From Lachnospiraceae bacterium (GTDB taxonomy: Bacteria > Bacillota > Clostridia > Lachnospirales > Lachnospiraceae), in the NCBI GenBank assembly GCA_009774215.1, contig VSNH01000002.1, positions 7,062 through 71,061 on the forward strand: a DNA stretch of 64,000 nt, given 5' to 3'. Shown piece after piece: positions 1-8,854 of the stretch. A model generated the notes under the pieces. The model worked only from the letters and a program-made list of their open reading frames with translations. It did no database searches and was not told where the DNA came from. Each line of letters opens with the position of its first letter. Position 1 is the stretch's first letter. Position numbers and translations under genes: made by a program.

Positions 1-11
1 ACGCGGTCGCG

Positions 12-575
12 ATGAAAGATATAGCAAGTACCCGGGTTTCGGTGGAATGTTACGTTAAGTCGCCGGAAGGCGAGATGTCGGAAATCTTTTCAGTCCGCAG
101 ACGGGATTTGGTGACCGGAAAAAATACGCTGGATTTTTTCCTCGACCTTGACGGGGGATTCGAAAACGCCGAGGTTGATTCACTCAGCGGTATTTTTCGG
201 AACATGGTAGATACGGACGGTAAAATGACCATCCAGAGCAAGGCGACACCGCCTGAGATGTATCATGAGATAAGCGCGTATATCAAGGAATATGTAAAGC
301 AATGGAAAAATAATCCGATGTCAGGCATGTTTATCAGGGGCGAATACGGGTATCTGGAAACCAGGCTGATGGACCGAATGGTCTTGGATAACAAGGAGCT
401 TGGTTACAAGCGGAAAGATATACTGAAAACCCTTAAGATTATGGGTGTTCTGAAAACTGGTGCGAACCGTCCGTATGATAACATGGTCGCTGTGAACGGC
501 GAAAAGAAACGGGTTTACATAATTGAACTCGCAAAAGAGGATAACGATACGGTGGATGAGGAGATTGCGGTATGA
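12..575 (+). CDS. Hypothetical mobile-element protein, possibly replication/primase-associated (C-terminal winged-HTH-like tail); may begin upstream of window
   Basis: 187-aa ORF overlapping the methylase start (ATGA); C-terminus LKTGANRPYDNMVAVNGEKKRVY resembles tails of DUF927/Cch-type element proteins (from memory). Confidence 0.4.
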   Translation: MKDIASTRVSVECYVKSPEGEMSEIFSVRRRDLVTGKNTLDFFLDLDGGFENAEVDSLSGIFRNMVDTDGKMTIQSKATPPEMYHEISAYIKEYVKQWKNNPMSGMFIRGEYGYLETRLMDRMVLDNKELGYKRKDILKTLKIMGVLKTGANRPYDNMVAVNGEKKRVYIIELAKEDNDTVDEEIAV

Positions 576-1435
576 AAATTAAATTTTTTAGGTGGTACGG
601 GGGTAAAATCCGTCTGGTAGAAACGCTCAAGCTGCTCATCCCAGAGCATGTGAAATATGTCGAGCCCTTCGCGGGCTCGGCTGCACTGCTCCTGAATCAT
701 TCGAGGAGCAGGGAGGAAGTCATAAATGACAAGGATGCGGATGTTGCGTTTTTATTGCAAACGATGGCTGACCATGAAAAGGGAAGCAAACTGGAAGAAC
801 GGCTGTGTTCACTGCAATATGACAGGTTCGTTTTTGAGGCGGCTGTTGAAGCGCGAAGGCGGCAGTATAGCGGCATGAATGATATTGAAAAGGCTACCAT
901 GATTTTTATAACGATTACGCAGAGTTTCAACTGTACACGGAAAACCTTTTCCGAAAAGGCTTTTGCGGGGACAAGAGCGTACCAGAGGGATATCCGATTC
1001 CATATCCCCAATGTATACCGACGATTGCAGGGAGTCCGCGTCCAGAATAGGGACGGGATTGAACTGCTACAAGAGATTTCTGACAATCCGGATGCGTTCG
1101 CCTTTGTAGACCCGCCGTACCGTTGGGAATTGCGGGGAGCCGGTGCGGACAGGGCTTACGCCTGTGAAATGCCGCAATGGGAGCATGTCCGGCTGTTGGA
1201 AACTGTGCAGGATGCGAAGTGCAAGGTCATGCTGTGCGGGTACAGGTCGGAAACGGGGGCGGATCTGTACGACATTTATTTGAAACCTTACGGGTGGAAA
1301 TGCTATAAAGTGGGGGAATATGCGAAATCCTGTCAGGTCAAAAAGAAACACCGGGATATGGGTCATGAGTTCATATGGGTTAATTATGAACTGCCGGTTG
1401 TGGCGAAGTATATAAGCGGCATGAAAGAATATTAA
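572..1435 (+). CDS. DNA adenine methyltransferase, Dam/D12 class
   Basis: WYGGK, YVEPFAGSAA (motif I), IND and DPPY (motif IV). Confidence 0.92.
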   Translation: MKIKFFRWYGGKIRLVETLKLLIPEHVKYVEPFAGSAALLLNHSRSREEVINDKDADVAFLLQTMADHEKGSKLEERLCSLQYDRFVFEAAVEARRRQYSGMNDIEKATMIFITITQSFNCTRKTFSEKAFAGTRAYQRDIRFHIPNVYRRLQGVRVQNRDGIELLQEISDNPDAFAFVDPPYRWELRGAGADRAYACEMPQWEHVRLLETVQDAKCKVMLCGYRSETGADLYDIYLKPYGWKCYKVGEYAKSCQVKKKHRDMGHEFIWVNYELPVVAKYISGMKEY

Positions 1436-1440
1436 AAAGC

Positions 1441-1490
1441 GGGATAACGAAGTTTTTACTATTGACAAAACGTAAAAACAGCGTTATCCC
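1441..1490. promoter_or_regulatory. Inverted repeat upstream of integrase with TTGACA in its loop
   Basis: gggataacg-aa-gtttttac ... gtaaaaac-ag-cgttatccc. Confidence 0.55.
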
Positions 1491-1525
1491 TATTCATAAA
1501 CATTGTAGAAACGGAGGCAGGGATT

Positions 1526-2731
1526 ATGAATAGTGGTAAAGAAGTCAGCGGGTGCCTGATTGAGAGGGCGGGAAGGTATTATGCGGTCGTATATTATTAT
1601 GTGGAGGATCAGAGAGTTACCGAAACCAAGTCAACGGGGATAGCTGTTAATGAGCACAAAAAACGGGAAGCTGAAAAGATTAAAAATCAGTTGATTGCAG
1701 AAAAAAGGGCGGCGTTAGAACAGCCGGGGCAGGGAAAGGCGGCGGAGTTACACCCGGTTGCATCCTGTCTGGAACGGTGGGTTGATTATAAGTCAAAATA
1801 TATAGAAAATACGACCAATGACAGTTACCATTTCAAGCTGAAATCCACAATCAGGTATTTTCAAAAAAAAAATATGGTGATTGAGAACTTAAAGCCCCGT
1901 GATATTCTGGCATACTATGAATGGGAACTGGCTCACGGCAGACAGAATATATGTAAGGATGGGAAAACATCGTTAAGCCGCCGGACTGTCAGTGACAAGG
2001 CGGTACTGTTCAAGCGCTTTCTGGGAGATGCGGTATTACAAGGCGTGATATCGGTCAATCCCGCCGATCAGGTGTCGGTGCCAAGGGTGAAAGAAAACAA
2101 GGTTGAGAAAATCACGTTCATGGACTTGGGGCAGGCACAATGTTTTCTGAATTTTGTCAAAAGTGAACCGCGATTTGAGGTATTGTATTATATAGGGAAG
2201 ATTGGATTCTACTATGGTCTTAGACGTTCGGAACTGCTTGGGTTAAGGTGGTCTGCAATAAATTTCAATAGCAATGAAATTGAGATAAACCATACCGTTG
2301 TCAGAACCAAGCATCAGCCGGAACACCGCGATACGGTCAAGTCAAAGGCTTCACACCGCTATCTTCCGTTGTTAGAAGATGTTAAGGGATGCCTGATGGA
2401 ATTAAGGGAAAACCAGAAACGGCTGGGGATATATGACGACAAAGGGTATGTGTTCTTATGGAACGATGGAAGGGAGTACAATCCCGATTATATAACAAAA
2501 CTATTTGTAAAAGCTGTGAAAGCCTGTCCGGGTGATATTCCGAGGGAAATAACTTTGCATGGACTTAGGCACAGCTGTTGTGCTATACTGTTTGAAAAGA
2601 AGTGGGATATTGCCGAGGTGCAACAGTGGGTCGGGCATAGTGACATTCAGATAACGGCGAATATTTATAACCATGTGAGCAAGAAGTGGAAAAATGAGCA
2701 TGGGAAAAAGATAGACGGTTTTTTTAAGTAA
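1526..2731 (+). CDS. Tyrosine recombinase/integrase
   Basis: GLRRSEL, HGLRHS, VGHSDIQITANIYNH catalytic motifs; GGAGG RBS. Confidence 0.95.
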   Translation: MNSGKEVSGCLIERAGRYYAVVYYYVEDQRVTETKSTGIAVNEHKKREAEKIKNQLIAEKRAALEQPGQGKAAELHPVASCLERWVDYKSKYIENTTNDSYHFKLKSTIRYFQKKNMVIENLKPRDILAYYEWELAHGRQNICKDGKTSLSRRTVSDKAVLFKRFLGDAVLQGVISVNPADQVSVPRVKENKVEKITFMDLGQAQCFLNFVKSEPRFEVLYYIGKIGFYYGLRRSELLGLRWSAINFNSNEIEINHTVVRTKHQPEHRDTVKSKASHRYLPLLEDVKGCLMELRENQKRLGIYDDKGYVFLWNDGREYNPDYITKLFVKAVKACPGDIPREITLHGLRHSCCAILFEKKWDIAEVQQWVGHSDIQITANIYNHVSKKWKNEHGKKIDGFFK

Positions 2732-2903
2732 TGGATTGGGCTTTAGAGCAGGAGGCGGGTGTTCCAACAGAATTCCAACAGACTTTGGGAAAAGTGCAGG
2801 GACACGCCCCAAGGGGTAAAATGGACGGGATTGGGGGCTAATAATAGGTATTATCAGGTGTTTGGGGACGGGTAGGGGTATCTTTCAGGGAGACTGCCCG
2901 TTA

Positions 2904-2942
2904 GGGAAGTAGAGGCCGCAAGTTCAAGTCTTGTCACTCCGA
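2904..2942 (+). other. attR: duplicated 3' half of tRNA-Pro
   Basis: gggaagtagaggccgcaagttcaagtcttgtcactccga gives a T-arm (gcaag-ttcaagt-cttgt) and acceptor strand cactccg-a; no 5' half or D-arm upstream. Confidence 0.75.
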
Positions 2943-2946
2943 TACT

Positions 2947-2996
2947 GAAGAACTCTGACAATCACCAGATGTGGTGGTTGGCAGGGTTCTTTTTTT
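2947..2996 (+). terminator. Rho-independent terminator (original tRNA terminator)
   Basis: gaactctgacaatcacca-gatg-tggtggttggcagggttc followed by a T run. Confidence 0.8.
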
Positions 2997-3045
2997 GTGC
3001 TCAGTTTTTGTCTGCCAGGGGCAGGTTAATGAATGACTATGATAG

Positions 3046-3663
3046 CTTTGGATTGAGGGCGTTTATATCGGCGCAGCCTATGAGGCGGCAGGTCTGGTGG
3101 CGGCATGGCAGTGTCCGGAGTATCTGCGGGAGCGTTTCCCGAAAACCAACCGGAGCTATCCGGGTGTACGGTTCGATATTGAGGCCGGAAACCACGCCCT
3201 GTGTGCGACAACGACAATGACCAAGGAGATTTCCGGGTTTACCAATACGATAAAAAATGCCATCAACAGCAGCGGCTTCGGTTTTGTTTTCTCCTCCGAA
3301 AACGCGCAGTACAAAGGGAAGGATATACGCAGCATCATGGTGTATAAGGCCAGAAATCTGCTGATGAATGAGAATGAGTTCGAGCCGATTTATAAGACGC
3401 TGGTCAGCACCTATATCGAGCGGATCCTGCGATTTTACAGCAATGACTTTAAAAAGGATAACATTTTGAGCTTTTTCAGCAATAACCCGGACAGCCAGAA
3501 GAGCAGATGGGGAGCGGACAGGGACTATGTCAATTCCATCCTGCAGGAAGGCGATGAGCTTTCGTATGAAATAGACGATAAAGCCGGGATCTGCAATATC
3601 CTGATCACCTTTAACAACAACACGAAAAATCTGAAAGTAGAAATGAGCAGAAAGACAAGTTAA
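3046..3663 (+). pseudogene. 5'-truncated TssC-like contractile sheath protein (C-terminal part)
   Basis: Frame open from 3046 (LWIEGVYIGAAYEAAGL..) with no convincing RBS/start; GFGFVF..IMVYKARNL..TLVSTYIERIL pattern resembles TssC C-termini; lies directly before tube-like genes. Confidence 0.55.
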
Positions 3664-3693
3664 TTCCAGAATACAAAAAAGGAGGAAAAAAAG

Positions 3694-4122
3694 ATGGGAT
3701 TACGATTAAAAATTGAGGGGAATGAAAGCATCCAGCTGAATGAGACCATCGTGACCGGGGTCAAATACGGTGCGGACATTCCGAAAGACTCCAATGCGCG
3801 TTCGACCGATCTGGGATCCACGATCAGAATCACAGGCAAAATTCTTGCGGCAGTGGGCGGCGAAGCGGCGGACGACACGATGAAGATGGCGAAATGGGCG
3901 CTTGTGCCTGCGGAGAATGCGGACTGCTACAGAAAGCTCACGATCGATGTGGTCAACGCGTCACAGGTGGTAAGACAGGTTACGCTTCCCAATGCTTTTG
4001 TCATCGGGTATGAGGAAGACTTTGCCGACGAGACAGGCGTGGGCACATTTACCCTGCTTGTGAAACAGAAGAAGGACAAGATGGCGGGACTCGCATTTGA
4101 GGGCGGGTTTGCAGGAGAATAG
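3694..4122 (+). CDS. Hcp/TssD-like tube protein 1
   Basis: 142 aa, beta-rich; RQVTLPNAFVIGYEEDF resembles the TssD/Hcp C-terminal strand motif; strong AGGAGG RBS. Confidence 0.6.
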   Translation: MGLRLKIEGNESIQLNETIVTGVKYGADIPKDSNARSTDLGSTIRITGKILAAVGGEAADDTMKMAKWALVPAENADCYRKLTIDVVNASQVVRQVTLPNAFVIGYEEDFADETGVGTFTLLVKQKKDKMAGLAFEGGFAGE

Positions 4123-4136
4123 AAAGGAGATCAGCT

Positions 4137-4562
4137 ATGGGATTCAGATTAAAAATTGAAGGCGGCGCGGCAATCGAATTAAAGGAGCAGAGCATCACCT
4201 CTGTCAGATTCAGGACAGACATTCCGCAGGATTCCAATGCACGTTCCACGGATTTGGGATCCACAGTGGAAATTACGGGGAAGATACTGACAGCTGTGGA
4301 CGGGGAACCTTTTGACGCGACAAAGGAGATCGGCAAGTGGGCGCTTGTGCCGGCGGAGAAGGCAGACTGCTACAGAAAGGTTATGATCGAGGTAATCGCG
4401 GCATCCCAGGAAGTGCGCAAATATACTTACCCGAACGCTTTCGTAGTGGATTACAGGGAAGATTACGGGGATGTGGAGGGCGTAGGGACCTTCCGGCTTG
4501 TAATAAAGCAGAAGAAGGATAAGATGGCAAACATTGCAGTGGAAGGCGGGTATGCCGTATAG
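4137..4562 (+). CDS. Hcp/TssD-like tube protein 2 (paralog)
   Basis: 141 aa, clearly paralogous to 3694-4122 (DSNARSTDLGST, WALVPAE.ADCYRK, KQKKDKMA). Confidence 0.6.
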   Translation: MGFRLKIEGGAAIELKEQSITSVRFRTDIPQDSNARSTDLGSTVEITGKILTAVDGEPFDATKEIGKWALVPAEKADCYRKVMIEVIAASQEVRKYTYPNAFVVDYREDYGDVEGVGTFRLVIKQKKDKMANIAVEGGYAV

Positions 4563-4644
4563 GATTTGAGACGAGTCTGCGGCGCGGGTATTCCCGCGCC
4601 ATAGATTTCGCCGGCGCTGTCGCAGCGCGGCATCGGGAGGCAGT

Positions 4645-5076
4645 ATGGATTATTACCGGATATTGAATATCGACGTAAATGCCTCGCAGGGGGATATCAA
4701 GAGAGCTTATCGGAAACTGGCGGGAAAGTACCATCCCGATAATGCGGGAGAGCAGGCAAGAGAACAGTTTGACAGGGTGCAGGAGGCTTACAGTGTACTC
4801 GGGGATGAGGAGAAGCGCGCAGCTTACGACGAGAGAATGCGTGCGGGCGAACCGGGAGACCGGGTCGGAGAGAAAGCGGCCCACGGAAAAAACGCGGGAC
4901 AGCCGGAGCGGCAGGAAGAATCTTACAGGGATCTGGCCGCATTTTATACCGGGGCATATAAGAACAGTTTTGAAAAATTTTTCGGAAAAGGCATGAATAA
5001 GAAAACGGAACAGGAGAGCGGTGTGAGACCGATGAATACGGATGCCTTATTTGAATCCTACTTTAAATGTAAGTGA
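4645..5076 (+). CDS. J-domain (DnaJ) protein
   Basis: [38 protein letters not shown] motif intact. Confidence 0.92.
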   Translation: MDYYRILNIDVNASQGDIKRAYRKLAGKYHPDNAGEQAREQFDRVQEAYSVLGDEEKRAAYDERMRAGEPGDRVGEKAAHGKNAGQPERQEESYRDLAAFYTGAYKNSFEKFFGKGMNKKTEQESGVRPMNTDALFESYFKCK

Positions 5077-5090
5077 TGGGAGAATCCGGA

Positions 5091-5636
5091 ATGTGGAAGA
5101 AAATAACAGATGCGGGAATCGTGCTGTGCGCGGCGGCCCTTGCAGTATATGTGGCGGTAGAGATGACAGATCTGTGGAAATGGCCGCTGTTTGCCTTTCT
5201 AATGGCGCTGTCTGTTTTTGCACTGAATAATTTGATAGATCAGTTTACACCTCATGAACAGGAACGGAAATACACGGATACAGAGGGGACGGATTACGGC
5301 ATCCGGGAATTGATCCTCTTAGATGAAAATGAAAAGCCGGTCAAGGCGTGGAATCTGGCGGGAAGGGTATCGCTTCTAATCGGCAGGGACAATCCGCAGG
5401 AGCCGGTAGACGTGGATTTGGAAGAATGCGAGTACAGCGCACTGATCGATGAGCAGCATGCGGTACTTAACTATTGCATGGATGCATGGTATGTGGAGGA
5501 TTTGAATTCCATGAACGGGATCCGGGTTCGTAAAATAAGCGACGGACTGTGTTACCGGGTGTCAAGAAACAGGCCATGCCGTCTGGAATCGGGGGATTTG
5601 CTGTTTATCGCGAACACGAAGCTGTTGATTACTTGA
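5091..5636 (+). CDS. Membrane-anchored FHA-domain protein
   Basis: Two N-terminal hydrophobic helices; LIGRD, QHA, EDLNSMNG FHA motifs. Confidence 0.85.
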   Translation: MWKKITDAGIVLCAAALAVYVAVEMTDLWKWPLFAFLMALSVFALNNLIDQFTPHEQERKYTDTEGTDYGIRELILLDENEKPVKAWNLAGRVSLLIGRDNPQEPVDVDLEECEYSALIDEQHAVLNYCMDAWYVEDLNSMNGIRVRKISDGLCYRVSRNRPCRLESGDLLFIANTKLLIT

Positions 5637-5652
5637 GAGGAGCGGATGCACG

Positions 5653-6153
5653 ATGAGTCTGATGAGATGTCCAAACGGACATATGTTTAACACGAGAAAA
5701 CACGGCAGTATATGCCCTTATTGTAATATGGAGACCGCAGTGGTGGAGGAGGCCAAAGCGCCTGAGGGATTTGAGACGCCGATGGAGCTTTTGGAGGAGG
5801 AGGTTCCTCCCGTATGTGGATGGCTGGTATGCATCGAAGGGGCAAGGATCGGCAGAGACTATAAGATCAAAGACGGAAAGAACTTTGTGGGCAGAGGGGA
5901 CGACATGGATATCCAGATTCTTGGAGATAATGAGATTTCCCGGAAAAACCACACGATCATCGTGTATGATGCCAAGAAGAAAAATACGGTGATACTGCCC
6001 GGGGACGCGGCGGGCATCGCTTATTTAAATCAGGAGGCGGTCTATGTCCCCACGGAATTAATGCCTTATGACACCATAGAGCTTGGAAGGAGCAAATTTG
6101 TATTTGTGCCTTTTTGCGGCGAACATTTTGAATGGAATGATGTGAAAAAATGA
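5653..6153 (+). CDS. Zn-ribbon + FHA-domain protein
   Basis: CPNGH..CPYC; VGRG, ISRKNH FHA motifs. Confidence 0.85.
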   Translation: MSLMRCPNGHMFNTRKHGSICPYCNMETAVVEEAKAPEGFETPMELLEEEVPPVCGWLVCIEGARIGRDYKIKDGKNFVGRGDDMDIQILGDNEISRKNHTIIVYDAKKKNTVILPGDAAGIAYLNQEAVYVPTELMPYDTIELGRSKFVFVPFCGEHFEWNDVKK

Positions 6154-6980
6154 CAGTGCGGATCATCCTCGGCGTGCTGGTACTGTGCTGTGTCATCCGG
6201 GGCATTTTGCAGCTTTTACAGGAGCGCCCCGTAAGCGATGCGAAAGACGGTACGGCACAGACTACCGGGAATAAAGAGATACAGGCGGATGCCATGGAAG
6301 TCAGAATTACAGGCGCCGGAAAGCTGGCGGTGCTGGCGGACGGCATCGGCAAAGAGAATACGGGAAAAGTGTGTGCAGCTTTGGCGGTAAAGGAGTTTAT
6401 GGATGCGTTTTCGCTCTACAGGACACTGCATAATCCGGGATATTTCTTTGAGCGGACAATGTATGGACTTCACAGGAACATGCAGAAGGTGCTGGAAGAG
6501 CGGCAGGGCGGCGCCAGCGTGGGTGTCCTGTTTCTGGCGGAGGAAAGCCTTTATTATGCGATGGCGGGACAAATCAGGATCATGCTTTTCCGTGGCGGAG
6601 AACTGATACCGCTGTGCGAATGCCAGACGGTGGATGTACTGGCGCAGCGGGCATATCAGGAAGGACGGCTGGGGAGACAGGAAACCATCTGGTCTTTGAA
6701 AGACAAAAATCTGTGGAACTATGTGGGAAAAGACGGATTTTGCCAGATAGAAGTATGCGAGGTGCCGGTTCGTTTAAAGAAGGGCGATCTGGCGGTTATG
6801 ATGACGAAAGGCATTTACGAGGAAGTGCCCTTCGTGGAGACAGAAAGAATACTGGCGGACGAAATGCTGACAACACAGGGCAAGGCGGACAGAATCGTAC
6901 AGTATGCGGATAAATCTTTGACGCAGGATAAAGAGAACGGAAGCATTATGGTGCTTCTGACAGATGGGGCAATGAGATGA
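6150..6980 (+). CDS. PP2C-fold protein with N-terminal TM (degenerate active site)
   Basis: LADGIG retained; later DG and DN motifs read TKG and EN. Confidence 0.75.
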   Translation: MTVRIILGVLVLCCVIRGILQLLQERPVSDAKDGTAQTTGNKEIQADAMEVRITGAGKLAVLADGIGKENTGKVCAALAVKEFMDAFSLYRTLHNPGYFFERTMYGLHRNMQKVLEERQGGASVGVLFLAEESLYYAMAGQIRIMLFRGGELIPLCECQTVDVLAQRAYQEGRLGRQETIWSLKDKNLWNYVGKDGFCQIEVCEVPVRLKKGDLAVMMTKGIYEEVPFVETERILADEMLTTQGKADRIVQYADKSLTQDKENGSIMVLLTDGAMR

Positions 6981-8854
6981 GAAGAGAGAACGCGGGATTC
7001 CGGACGGCATTTGTGTCAGAGGAAGGAACGAAGCTGCTCAACCGGGATTATTTTGCATATGTGGAAATGGACGATTATGCCTGCTATGTGGCGGCGGACA
7101 GTCTGGATGATGAAAAGGATGAAAACAGCGCAAGGATCGTAGTGGAATGCATATTGAGGGAATTTACGGAACACCCCGTCATGCATGTTCTTTCCCTGAA
7201 GAAAATGATCAGAAAGGCGCACAGGGAGCTTTTGGGAAACAGACAGGGTCTGCGGCTCAGAGCCAGTGTGTCAATGGTAGTGACAAACTATGTGAAATGC
7301 AGGTATCTCACTGTCGGAAACAGCAGGTTTGCGCTGCTTCGCAATGACAGAATTTTATACGAGAGCAAAGACCAGTCACTGACAGAGAATCTGGTGGAAA
7401 GAGAAACGATTCCACGGGATAAGGCGGCGTTGCATGAGGAGCGGAATAACCTGTACTCCTATTTGGGACAGGTCAATGGCAGGATGCAGATTCAGGTTTC
7501 CCGCAAACGGAAGCTGGCAAACGGCGACATCCTTCTGCTCTATACGAGGGGAATCTGGGAAAACTGCGATTACGTGGATTTGAAAGATGCGGCAAAAGAA
7601 GTGAGCACGCCGCAGGAGATGGCGGATAATCTGGAAGAACTCATTCTGTGCGGGCAGAAGGAAGAAATCGACAACTATACGCTGGCTGTTACTTTTGTGG
7701 ATAAGGTGTACCTGAATCCCAAAAAGCGCTGGACGTTAAAGAAAGTTTTGACGGTCGTGATTCCTGTTATGATCGTGCTGCTCATCCTAGGCATTACGCT
7801 GTTTGTGCGTTTCCGTATCCGCTCCGGACAGAAAAGAGACATGCTGCAGCATATGGACAACGCGGCTCAATATACGACATATGACAATTATGCTCCGGCG
7901 GCGGAGGAGTACAAACAGGCCGGTGAACTGGCTAAAAAATTGAAAGATAAGGAAAGACAGGAGGAAGCGGAAAACCGGCGCCTTTTGGCGGAACAGATCC
8001 TGCTTGCGGATCAGGCCATGGAGGACGGGGATTACAACAAGGCGCTGGAGCTGTATGAGAAGGCGCTGGAACTCTCCGGCCATTGTGGGGGAAGCGGTTC
8101 AGAGCATATCAGGGAACAGCTCGATAAGATCGGCAAGTATCAGGAACTGTATGAGCTTTTGGAAAGCGCGGAAAACAAGGAAACCTACGGTGACTATGCG
8201 GGTGCTGCCGAACTGTACAAAAAGGCGAAGGGAATCGCTTCCGGACTCTACGATCAGGATGCGAGGAAGGAGGCGCTTGACAAGCAGCGGGCGGCGGAGG
8301 AAGCCCTTGAAAAGCTGCGTCAGGAGCAGATGGCGGAACTGGAGGAAAAAATCCGGAAATCTATCGAGGACGAGAAGGTTGCGCAGGAGCTTGCGGATCA
8401 GGAGCTGATGAATGACAAGAAAAATGCCCTTGAATTGGAGAGCAAGGGCAACGAGCTGATGAATCAGGAGGACTATGTCAGCGCCATTCCTTACTTTGAG
8501 ACGGCGATGAGCATGTATGAGAATCTGGGCATGGAAGAGCGCGCGGCAGTGCTGGCTGAGCAGATTGAAGCCTGCAAGAAGCTGGCGGAGGAGGCGAAAC
8601 GCAAAGCCGCGGAAGAGGCGGAAAAACAGTCGGAGGCGGACAAGGCGGCGGAGGACGCAAAGGCGGCCGCGGATGAGGCCAGACAGGCCATGCAGGATAT
8701 GAAGGACGCCGAGAAGGACAAGGCGCTGGAAGAGGCGAAAAAGGCAGCGGAGGAAGCGAAGAAAGCGGCGGAAGAAGCGAAGAAGGCCGCTGAGAAGAAT
8801 AAAGAGGAAGAAGATAAGAAAGAAGAGGAAACAGAGAAGGAAAAGGTAGAGTAA
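6977..8854 (+). CDS. PP2C-like domain + TM + TPR-like/coiled-coil protein
   Basis: NRDY, AADSLD, GNSR, YTRGIW, IDNYT; TM VVIPVMIVLLILGITLFV; TPR-like repeats (GDYNKALELYEKAL); A/E/K-rich tail. Confidence 0.75.
   Translation: MRRENAGFRTAFVSEEGTKLLNRDYFAYVEMDDYACYVAADSLDDEKDENSARIVVECILREFTEHPVMHVLSLKKMIRKAHRELLGNRQGLRLRASVSMVVTNYVKCRYLTVGNSRFALLRNDRILYESKDQSLTENLVERETIPRDKAALHEERNNLYSYLGQVNGRMQIQVSRKRKLANGDILLLYTRGIWENCDYVDLKDAAKEVSTPQEMADNLEELILCGQKEEIDNYTLAVTFVDKVYLNPKKRWTLKKVLTVVIPVMIVLLILGITLFVRFRIRSGQKRDMLQHMDNAAQYTTYDNYAPAAEEYKQAGELAKKLKDKERQEEAENRRLLAEQILLADQAMEDGDYNKALELYEKALELSGHCGGSGSEHIREQLDKIGKYQELYELLESAENKETYGDYAGAAELYKKAKGIASGLYDQDARKEALDKQRAAEEALEKLRQEQMAELEEKIRKSIEDEKVAQELADQELMNDKKNALELESKGNELMNQEDYVSAIPYFETAMSMYENLGMEERAAVLAEQIEACKKLAEEAKRKAAEEAEKQSEADKAAEDAKAAADEARQAMQDMKDAEKDKALEEAKKAAEEAKKAAEEAKKAAEKNKEEEDKKEEETEKEKVE

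Larger units (their letters stand above)
1..2942 (+). mobile_element. Right end of integrative element inserted at tRNA-Pro
   Basis: Integrase followed by ttccaacaga direct repeats (2762, 2773) and a 3' tRNA fragment. Confidence 0.75.

Noticed and set aside
572..1435. Restriction-modification system
   Set aside because: No endonuclease gene adjacent within the window
2870..2942. Complete tRNA-Pro gene
   Set aside because: No 5' acceptor strand or D-arm; only the 3' half is present
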